From: an uncultured Fibrobacteraceae bacterium
GTDB taxonomy: Bacteria > Krumholzibacteriota > Krumholzibacteriia > LZORAL124-64-63
DNA length: 64,000 nt
Assembly: GCA_964549735.1 (NCBI GenBank)
Contig: CAZJWO010000002.1
Location: forward strand, 27,358 to 91,357
Direction: 5' to 3'
This document shows, piece by piece, positions 57,184 to 64,000 of this stretch. Below the pieces are notes generated by a model, which made no database searches, was not told the DNA's origin, and saw only the letters and a program-made list of their open reading frames with translations. Numbering within the stretch: position 1 is the stretch's first letter; each line of letters starts with the position of its first letter. Position numbers and translations under genes: made by a program.

Positions 57184-59496
57184 TCAGACGCGTACCGGCA
57201 GCACGGATTCCACCGCCGCGACCAGGTCGCGCACCTTGATCGGCTTGGGCACGTACCCGTCCATGCCGGCCAGCAGGCACTGGTCGCGGTCGGTACGCAT
57301 GGCGTGCGCGGTCACCCCGATGATGGGCTGATGGCGACCGGTGTCGGCTTCCGCCGTGCGGATCCGCCGCGCCATCGTCAGCCCGTCCATGACGGGCATC
57401 TGCACGTCGGCGAGTACGACGTCGTATGGGCCCTCGGCCAGGAGGTCGAGGCCTTCCTGCCCGTTGTTCGCGATCACGACATCGCAGCCGAGCTTCTTGA
57501 GCAGCAACCGCGCGAAGATCTGGTTGACCGGATTGTCCTCCACCAGCAGCATCCGCAATCCCTCCAGAGACCGCGCGTGATCCTCCGGGGCCTGGCCGTC
57601 GTCCCGCCGTGGCGCGGCGTGGCCCGGCGGATAGAGGTTCGCCTGCAAGGACGTGGGCTTGATCGGAAGCCACAGCCGCTCGCGGCAGCTGGCGACCGGT
57701 TGCTCCTCATCGTCGCCGACGCGGACCATCGGGACGTGACGCACGGCGGGCCGCCGGGCCGCCGCTTCGACGGTCTCTCGCCAGACCGGCGACGCCGTGC
57801 GCAGGAGGCTCTGCTCGCAGAAGATGAGGTCGCACGGGTCGGTGTCTGCACCCAGCGAGGCGGCAAGGTCTTCGATCGAGCACCCGGCCGCGACCTCGCG
57901 GACGGCCCACCCCAGGGTGGCCAATTGCGCCGCCAGGGAGCCGCGGGCGGCGTCGTGGCGGCAGATGACCGCGGCGCGGCGTCCCCACCGCGGGGGCCAG
58001 CCGGCGTCGCCTCCCGCGACGACCGGCAGCGTCAACGTGAAATGGAAGGTGCTGCCCTCGCCCACGACGCTGTCGACGGCCAGCGTGCCGCCCATCAACG
58101 CCAGCAGCTGCGAGGAGATCGCCAGCCCGAGCCCGGTGCCGCCGAACTTGCGCGTGATCGACGCGTCCGCCTGCGCGAAGGCGTCGAAGATGCTCGCGCG
58201 CGCCTCCGGGCCGATGCCGATCCCGGTATCGGCGACGAAGAATCGGATGGTGCACGCGTCGCCCGCGGTCTCGACGAGCGACGCCGCGAGTTCGACGTGT
58301 CCCTTGGCCGTGAACTTCACCGCGTTGCCGAGCAGGTTCAGCAGCACCTGCCGCAGCCGGCCCGCGTCGCCCCGCAGCCGGCGCGGCACGCGCGGATCCA
58401 ACCGGCAGACGAATTCCAGATCATGGCGCGACGCCTCGAGCGCGAACGTGTCCGTCACGCCGTCCAGCAAGCTGTAGAGGTCGAATTCCACGATCTCGAG
58501 CTCGAGCCGGCCGGCCTCCACCTTGGAGAAGTCGAGGATGTCGTTGATGATCTCCAGCAGCGCCTCGGCGCTGTCCTTCACGATGACCATGTTGCGGCGC
58601 TGTCCGGGATCGAGATCGCCGCCCAGCGTCAGCTCCGTCATGCCGATGATGCCGTTCATCGGCGTGCGGATCTCGTGCGACATATTCGCCAGGAACTGGC
58701 TCTTGGCGCGGCTGGCGCGATCGGCAGCCTCCTTCGCCGCGACCAGTTCGGCGGTGCGGGCGGCGACCATCCCCTCGAGGTTGCGGCTGTACTGCTCGAC
58801 CTCCGCGCGCGATTGATGGACGCTGTGCGCCATCGCGTTGAACGCGGCGGCCAGTCGGCCGAGCTCATCGCCTTCGTCGTGATGTACGCGCACGTCCAGT
58901 CGGCCGGCCGCCATGGCGCCCGCCGCCTCGCTGAGGGCGATCACGGGTCTCGTGATCTGGCGCGAGAGCACGCTGCCGGCGAGCAGGCCCATGAGCGCCA
59001 CCAGCAGGCTGACGTGCCAGGTCAACCGGCGGTTGCGCGCCACCTCTTGCTGGGCGGAGGTCGTGTCGAGTCGCAGGATGAGCACGCCGAGCAGATCGGC
59101 CGCGTTCGCGACCGGCGCCACGACCTCGAGCATCTCGCCGCGCGTGCGGACCTCCATGGCCGCGGGGAGTCCCACCCGCTCCGCGTCGAGCACCTGGCCG
59201 GCGACGGTCGCGCCCCGGGCGTCCAGCAACTGGACCCCCGCGATGTCGGGATTGGCGATGACGCCGCTGAGCATCTCCGCCGCGCCCTGGCTGTCATCGA
59301 ACTCCAGCGCGGCGACCAGGTTGTAGGCCAGAACCTCCGCCATCCCGACGACCTTGCCGGTCAGGGCCGCCCGGGTCAACCTGGCCAGTTGCGGCGGGAA
59401 GTAGATGGCGATCGAAACGGCGCTGACGAGCGACACGGCCAGGATGGCCCCCGTGAGCTTGGTGCGGATCGATACCATGCGCAGCGTCCGCTTCAT
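57184..59496 (-). CDS. Hybrid sensor histidine kinase with periplasmic sensor, HAMP, HisKA, HATPase_c and a C-terminal receiver
   Basis: [36 protein letters not shown], and receiver [18 protein letters not shown]...[13 protein letters not shown]. Start at [10 protein letters not shown] overlaps the stop of the DUF4154 gene. Confidence 0.85.
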   Translation of the reverse strand: MKRTLRMVSIRTKLTGAILAVSLVSAVSIAIYFPPQLARLTRAALTGKVVGMAEVLAYNLVAALEFDDSQGAAEMLSGVIANPDIAGVQLLDARGATVAGQVLDAERVGLPAAMEVRTRGEMLEVVAPVANAADLLGVLILRLDTTSAQQEVARNRRLTWHVSLLVALMGLLAGSVLSRQITRPVIALSEAAGAMAAGRLDVRVHHDEGDELGRLAAAFNAMAHSVHQSRAEVEQYSRNLEGMVAARTAELVAAKEAADRASRAKSQFLANMSHEIRTPMNGIIGMTELTLGGDLDPGQRRNMVIVKDSAEALLEIINDILDFSKVEAGRLELEIVEFDLYSLLDGVTDTFALEASRHDLEFVCRLDPRVPRRLRGDAGRLRQVLLNLLGNAVKFTAKGHVELAASLVETAGDACTIRFFVADTGIGIGPEARASIFDAFAQADASITRKFGGTGLGLAISSQLLALMGGTLAVDSVVGEGSTFHFTLTLPVVAGGDAGWPPRWGRRAAVICRHDAARGSLAAQLATLGWAVREVAAGCSIEDLAASLGADTDPCDLIFCEQSLLRTASPVWRETVEAAARRPAVRHVPMVRVGDDEEQPVASCRERLWLPIKPTSLQANLYPPGHAAPRRDDGQAPEDHARSLEGLRMLLVEDNPVNQIFARLLLKKLGCDVVIANNGQEGLDLLAEGPYDVVLADVQMPVMDGLTMARRIRTAEADTGRHQPIIGVTAHAMRTDRDQCLLAGMDGYVPKPIKVRDLVAAVESVLPVRV

Positions 59497-60119
59497 CGGT
59501 TCACGACCTCGCACAAACGCAGGACGCGCGCGTCGAGCTGGTGCCCCTCGGCGGCCAGCGATGCGATGTCGACCTCGATGCGGATGCGCTCGCCGTCGTG
59601 CCGCAAGCCGACGGACAATCCCAGCCCGACGCTGCCGGTTTCGGCGGCGAGCGTCAGAATGCCGCGTTGGCGGGCGATTCGGGAGATGACATCCAGATGA
59701 TCGCGATGTCCGGCGGTCACGTAGAGCACTTCGATGTCCGCTTGCGCGATCTGCCGCGCGAGGTCATCGGCGTCATGCCAGCCGAGGATCGTGTGCGCGA
59801 ACGCGACGCCGTTGATCGTCTTGTGCGCGGACGCGGCGAGCGCCTCGCGCAAGGCGATCAGGCTGCGGTACGACGTCTGGTCGCCGAGCCGATGGAGCAG
59901 GCCGATCCGCAGTTTGGGCGCCGGAGTCTCCCAGAGCGTCCGATCGTAGGTGAGCAGCTTGAAATAGATCGGCAGCTGGGTCTCCGCCGGGACTGTTTCG
60001 GCGCAGGCCGCCGTGGCCAGCGTCAGCAGTTGCGCGACAACCAACGCGACGACGCCGGCCGTCCGCGCGCCGCGCGGGGCGTGTTCGCGAGATCTGCCGT
60101 GGTCCGTACCGGTCCGCAC
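59493..60119 (-). CDS. DUF4154-family periplasmic protein (YfiR-like)
   Basis: Signal peptide, then [13 protein letters not shown]...LRIGLL...DIEVLYV...GILTLAAET...GLSVGL...[25 protein letters not shown], the pattern of DUF4154 proteins usually encoded just upstream of sensor kinases or GGDEF proteins. Confidence 0.55.
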   Translation of the reverse strand: MRTGTDHGRSREHAPRGARTAGVVALVVAQLLTLATAACAETVPAETQLPIYFKLLTYDRTLWETPAPKLRIGLLHRLGDQTSYRSLIALREALAASAHKTINGVAFAHTILGWHDADDLARQIAQADIEVLYVTAGHRDHLDVISRIARQRGILTLAAETGSVGLGLSVGLRHDGERIRIEVDIASLAAEGHQLDARVLRLCEVVNR

Positions 60120-60137
60120 GCCTTGTTCGTCCTTCGC

Positions 60138-62066
60138 TCAGAAACCGATCATGACGCTGGCGGAGATCCGTCGCCGCTGCTCGATGGCCAGGGAGTGGTC
60201 TCGGAAGCGGCGATCCAGGAGATTCTCGACCGCAAGAGTCAACCGCCGCTTGCCGCCGTCAGGCTGCACCTGCCAGGCCGCGTCCAGCACGAGGCGCGCC
60301 TCGCCGGCGACGTCGTCCGGCAGGTGGTTGTCGCCCCAGACCGACGCGCTGCGGTAGCGCCCGGTCAGCTGGAGGTGATGGCCGGCGGCGGCGCGCACGC
60401 GCGCGACGGCCGCCGCCGCATGCGCGGGGGCGCGCTCGATCCGCTCGTCCGTGTCCGCGTCCGTGAGCCAGACGAAGGAATACTGTCCCGTCAAACGCAG
60501 CCACGTGGCGGGATCCGTGCGCAGACTCGCCTCGCCGCCGCGGGCGATCCAGGAGGGGCCGTTGACGAACGCCAATTCCGAGGGCATTCCCGGGATGAGG
60601 GCGGGCGGCGAGGGGAACGTCGCCACCGTTTCCATCGCGATGATCTTGTCCATGCGGTTGTGGAACAGCGCGGCCGTCAGCAGCAGGCCGTCGCGTACCA
60701 TCCCCTGGTAGCCGATCTCGACGGACGCGATCTCCTCGCTCTGGTTGTCCAGATCGCCGCGCACGATCTGGTTGACGCCCGGCGCGAGTTCGATCTCGGT
60801 GCGCCAGCGGCTCTCGACGTAGGCCGGATCGCGGTAGGCCTTGCTGTAGGAAAGGCGCAGATGATGGCGCGCCGCCGGCTTGTAGACCAGGCCGCCGCGC
60901 GGCGACAGATGGCCGCCGACCAGCGAGTGGTGTTCGTAGCGCACCCCGAACGAGAAGCGCAGATCGGGTCGCGGCGACCACTCCTCCAGCACGAACCCCG
61001 CATAGATGTTCTCGTCGTCGCCGGTCGCGGGCTGTCCGTATTCGGTCCGGCGGTGGCGGTAGCTCCCCCCCCAGACGACGTGATGCCCCGACCAGGGACG
61101 CAGCGCGTGCTGGAACTCGAAGTCGTGCAGACGGCTCTTCAGGCGCGTGCGCGCCCCCATGAGGCCGGAATCGATGGCGTCGATGGTCACGTCGTAGGCG
61201 TTCGTGAACCAGCGCGCCATGAGATCGGCGCGCACGTAGTCGGCGCGCACGTGGTGCTGGACGCCGTCGGTCGTCAGCGGCGCGCTGACGGGCGCCAGCT
61301 TGTTGCGACCGTTGTTATGGCCGGCGCCGATCGCGAGCCACGAGTCGGGCCGCAGAGTCCAGCGCGCCTGCGCGTCGAAGCGGACGTTCTCCGCTTCCGG
61401 GGCGTCTTGTTCCCAGTCGCTGGACCGGTCCCAGATCGTCGTCAGCTTCCAGCTCAGGTCGGCGCGCCGCCCGGCGTGGCGCAGCGCGCCGTAGGCTTCG
61501 CCGAGGTCGCTGACCATGGTCCGCGCCGTCGAGCCGAGCTGCTCGCCGGGCGCGTAGGTGATGATGTTGATGACGCCCGCGAACGCGTTGGCCCCGTGCA
61601 TGGCCGAGCCCGGACCCTTGATCACTTCGATGACCCTGATGTCCTCGAGGCTGACGGTCAGCTGGTCCCAGATGACCAGACCGTAGACGTCGTCGTAGAC
61701 CGAACGGCCATCGACGAGGACGAGCATGGCGTTCGAGCCCGGCTTGTTCAGACCGCGCGCCGAGACGTCGAAGGTGGAGCTGGTGGCCTGCAGCACGTCG
61801 AGTCCGGGCACGGTGCGCAGCAGCTCCGGTATGGAGCGCGCGCCGCTGGCCGCGATCTCCTCGGCCGTGATGACCGTGGCCGCGACCGGCGCGTCGCTGA
61901 CTTTCTGGGTGTGCTTCGCCGCCGTGACGATGGTCTGATCCAGCAAGGCCTCGAGGTCGAGCTCGCTGAAGTCGGCGTAATCCGGCGGCACGGCCGCTAC
62001 GGCCAGACATGCCATGCCGGACAGCACAGCCGCCGCCAGCCGGACGGCGAGGGATGGTCCGCTCAT
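60138..62066 (-). CDS. TonB-dependent outer-membrane receptor
   Basis: Start at MSGPSLAVRLAAAVLSGMACLAVAA (GGAAGGA RBS). TonB-box region LDQTIVTAAK. Plug motif IEVIKGPGSAMHGANAFAGVINIITY. C-terminal ...SASVMIGF with terminal Phe. Confidence 0.8.
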   Translation of the reverse strand: MSGPSLAVRLAAAVLSGMACLAVAAVPPDYADFSELDLEALLDQTIVTAAKHTQKVSDAPVAATVITAEEIAASGARSIPELLRTVPGLDVLQATSSTFDVSARGLNKPGSNAMLVLVDGRSVYDDVYGLVIWDQLTVSLEDIRVIEVIKGPGSAMHGANAFAGVINIITYAPGEQLGSTARTMVSDLGEAYGALRHAGRRADLSWKLTTIWDRSSDWEQDAPEAENVRFDAQARWTLRPDSWLAIGAGHNNGRNKLAPVSAPLTTDGVQHHVRADYVRADLMARWFTNAYDVTIDAIDSGLMGARTRLKSRLHDFEFQHALRPWSGHHVVWGGSYRHRRTEYGQPATGDDENIYAGFVLEEWSPRPDLRFSFGVRYEHHSLVGGHLSPRGGLVYKPAARHHLRLSYSKAYRDPAYVESRWRTEIELAPGVNQIVRGDLDNQSEEIASVEIGYQGMVRDGLLLTAALFHNRMDKIIAMETVATFPSPPALIPGMPSELAFVNGPSWIARGGEASLRTDPATWLRLTGQYSFVWLTDADTDERIERAPAHAAAAVARVRAAAGHHLQLTGRYRSASVWGDNHLPDDVAGEARLVLDAAWQVQPDGGKRRLTLAVENLLDRRFRDHSLAIEQRRRISASVMIGF

Positions 62067-62353
62067 ACCGCATCCTTCCAGGGTCGTCTGCAGGCCGTGG
62101 ACAGTTCTCGGCCCCATGGTCGACGGCATCGGCAGCGACGACGATCTATTAAGCATTACCCCAGGGCGGGCTAAAGCGGGCCCGTATCTCCGGCGCAAAT
62201 ATATGCTAAAACAACATGTTATAAGATCATCGGGCCGGGCCGCCGCCGTACGGCGCCGCCCGGACAACGCTGCGCGAGCGTTTGCAGATCGTGCTATACT
62301 GCCGCTGTTCGCGTTCGGTATCCAGTCGACCTCTCGATCAAGGGGGTATCGCC

Positions 62354-63265
62354 ATGAGGTCCACCATCGTCGGCGCGATGATCACGTTGTCGGCCTTGGC
62401 CGTGGCGGCGAGCGCGCAACCCACCCTGGATTCGCTCTGGCCCAACGACGACGGCATGCGCTGGGAATACGAGTTCTCCTACGAAGAAGCGGACCTACCG
62501 CCGTATTTCGAAGAACGCTCCTTCACGTCTTCCGCTTTCCTGCAACTGGATGGGACGCACCCGATCCCCGGCGGCCTGGCGCAGGTGCTGCGCGGCGAGC
62601 ACGGCTGGGTACCGGGGCGCGCCGCCGATGGCTCGCCCGCGCTATCGCCGCTCCTGCGCGCCATCTGGCGGGCGCGCCCCGATCTGCGCGACCGCCTCGC
62701 CGCGCGCCCCGGCGCCGCGCGCCAGGACGGCGTCTGGTGGCCACTCTTCCTGCATCCCGGCTACTTCGTGAAGACCGAGCAGGTCATCGAGATGTGGCAG
62801 GACGATTGGGATCACCCGACGTGGACCTACCTCGAGGACGACCTCAGCGTCGGCGCGTCGTTCGTGCACCAGCTGGCGCCCGAACTCGCCGACGACATCT
62901 TCCTCTATGGGACCGTCGGCGCGATCGATGCCACGGTGTCGACCGACGCCGGCGTCTTCACCGACGCCGTGCGGATGGATTACGTGATCGATATGGGATG
63001 GAATGTCGTGACGGACGAGCAGGGCGATCCGCTCGGTCGGATACGCAGCGAAGAGATCGGTCACGTGCACTTCGGCCCCAACGTCGGCCCGCTGGACATG
63101 GTGCAGGAATATATCTTCATCGCGGAGATCGACTGCGACGACTGTCCCCCCGAATGGAGCGATATCTTGGGCGTACCCATGGTGACCCAGACGCTCTCCT
63201 TGACGAGCATGCCGGTGGCGAACCGATCGCTGACCTGGAGCGGCGTCAAGGCGTTGTTCGACTAG
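62354..63265 (+). CDS. Secreted hypothetical protein
   Basis: Start at MRSTIVGAMITLSALAVAASAQ (AAGGGGG RBS), trimmed from track ORF 62282..63265. No motif recognised. Confidence 0.5.
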   Translation: MRSTIVGAMITLSALAVAASAQPTLDSLWPNDDGMRWEYEFSYEEADLPPYFEERSFTSSAFLQLDGTHPIPGGLAQVLRGEHGWVPGRAADGSPALSPLLRAIWRARPDLRDRLAARPGAARQDGVWWPLFLHPGYFVKTEQVIEMWQDDWDHPTWTYLEDDLSVGASFVHQLAPELADDIFLYGTVGAIDATVSTDAGVFTDAVRMDYVIDMGWNVVTDEQGDPLGRIRSEEIGHVHFGPNVGPLDMVQEYIFIAEIDCDDCPPEWSDILGVPMVTQTLSLTSMPVANRSLTWSGVKALFD

Positions 63266-63305
63266 CGGCGCGGCGGGGGCGGGTTGTTCGCGGCGCCGGC
63301 CGCGG

Positions 63306-63920
63306 TCACGGCCGCGCCGCGGCGTCGGTCAGCAGGCACTCGAGGGCCAGGTTCGCCTGCATCGCGGCCACCAGCGCGACCCGCGCCGCGCACAGCCCGC
63401 CGGACATGTCGGACGCGAAGTCGCCGCACATGATGATCCGCCCCGCGCGGCGCACAGTGATCGCCTCGGTGCGGCCGATCCCGGACAGCCCGCTGGCGCC
63501 GACGACCCAGCGCCCGGGGAACGCGGCGCACCAGGCTTCCAGCAACCAGCGTTTGGCTTCCGCCTGATCGAACGCCTCGAGCAGCAGATCGGCGGTGGTC
63601 AGCCCCGCGACATCAGCGGGCCCCAGGCGCAGCGCCCGGAGTTCGAGGTCGACCGCCGGCTGGATGCGCCGCAGATGCGCGGCGAGGGCCTCGGTCTTCG
63701 GGCGCCCGATATCGTCCAGGAAGAAGTGCTGGCGGTTGAGGTTCGAGGCCTCGACCACATCGTGGTCGATGAGGATCAACCGGCCGACGCCCGCGCGCAC
63801 GAGGGCGACGGCCGCGTTCGAGCCCAGCCCGCCGCAGCCCGCGATCGCGACCGTCTTGCGCCGCAGGATCTCCGTCGTGCCGGGCACGTTGCGGCGGAAG
63901 ATGTCGCGATCCGCGGTCAC
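63306..63920 (-). CDS. ThiF/MoeB/HesA-family E1-like adenylyltransferase
   Basis: VAIAGCGGLGSNAAVALVRAGVGRLILIDHDVVEASNLNRQ nucleotide-binding motif of the ThiF family. Confidence 0.75.
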   Translation of the reverse strand: MTADRDIFRRNVPGTTEILRRKTVAIAGCGGLGSNAAVALVRAGVGRLILIDHDVVEASNLNRQHFFLDDIGRPKTEALAAHLRRIQPAVDLELRALRLGPADVAGLTTADLLLEAFDQAEAKRWLLEAWCAAFPGRWVVGASGLSGIGRTEAITVRRAGRIIMCGDFASDMSGGLCAARVALVAAMQANLALECLLTDAAARP

Positions 63921-64000
63921 CTCTGGGCGTCCCTGACGATCGCCACCAGCTCGGGCAGGTCGATGCCCAGCTCCCGCAGCCGCGCGAGCGTCGGCACGCC
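63917..64000 (-). CDS. 3' end of an unidentified gene running off the right edge (translation ...GVPTLARLRELGIDLPELVAIVRDAQR*). Its stop overlaps the ThiF start by 4 nt.
   Basis: Open minus-strand frame from 64000 to a TGA at 63917-63919. Coupled to the ThiF-like gene, so possibly a thiamine or molybdopterin-pathway partner. Confidence 0.3.
   Translation of the reverse strand, partial: GVPTLARLRELGIDLPELVAIVRDAQR

Noticed and set aside
62160-62240. Fur box upstream of the TonB-dependent receptor at 60138..62066
   Set aside because: The AT-rich stretch AAATATATGCTAAAACAACATGTTATAAGATCAT has only weak similarity to the GATAATGATAATCATTATC consensus. It is noted as AT-rich promoter DNA but not annotated.
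1-64000. CRISPR arrays, tRNA/rRNA genes, IS elements/transposases, integrases, prophage genes
   Set aside because: No direct-repeat/spacer periodicity, no tRNA cloverleaf candidates and no DDE or tyrosine-recombinase signatures were seen in any frame.

Overview
This is a 64 kb window of high-GC (~70%) bacterial chromosome. It is densely coded, with about 50 genes, and contains no rRNA, tRNA, CRISPR array or recognisable transposase or integrase. Many long ORFs in the six-frame track are GC-driven artefacts that overlap the real genes in other frames. Five large secreted proteins end in a conserved ~80-aa beta-sandwich tail (NPFNP ... WDG ... SGVYF ... KM.L). I read this tail as a T9SS-type / FlgD-Ig-like C-terminal sorting domain, which together with the GC content suggests a non-Bacteroidetes member of the FCB group (Gemmatimonadota- or candidate-phylum-like). 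That placement is an inference. The main content, in order along the window:

- (a) 3.4-8.6 kb: a minus-strand cassette of AMP-dependent ligase, AsnB-family amidotransferase, acyl carrier protein, SET-domain protein and cyclase. It is reminiscent of exosortase-associated amidotransferase loci, but no exosortase or PEP-CTERM protein is present.
- (b) 10.2-14.2 kb: a nitrosative-stress island (RIC/YtfE di-iron protein, nitroreductase, Rrf2/NsrR-like regulator, DUF438 and DUF1858 proteins, L-lactate dehydrogenase). Three promoter regions share a conserved operator-like motif, TGGACC-N6-TCYACAAT.
- (c) 15.1-19.6 kb: a ferric-iron-type ABC transporter operon.
- (d) 19.7-21.9 kb: a radical-SAM enzyme, and a decayed, frameshifted AAA+ ATPase (DUF4143 type) sitting in a low-GC patch.
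- (e) 24.7-33.6 kb: three tandem giant secreted proteins, one of them an S8 subtilase and one carrying an HExxH metalloprotease motif.
- (f) 36.1-41.1 kb: a lipoprotein / TonB-dependent receptor / DNRLRE-domain protein / tandem-domain protein operon.
- (g) 43.1-44.4 kb: a bacterial serpin.
- (h) 44.5-49.6 kb: a sigma-54-controlled cluster of three NifX/NifB-like domain proteins, two MinD-like ferredoxin ATPases and a DUF5320-like Gly-rich protein, next to a PAS-containing sigma-54 activator.
- (i) 49.7-62.1 kb: a signalling block with a 1547-aa multisensor hybrid kinase, a fusion protein carrying FGE-sulfatase and DUF1566 domains, and a TonB-dependent receptor / DUF4154 (YfiR-like) / hybrid kinase operon.

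All functional calls come from motif and domain recognition by eye. No database searches were run.
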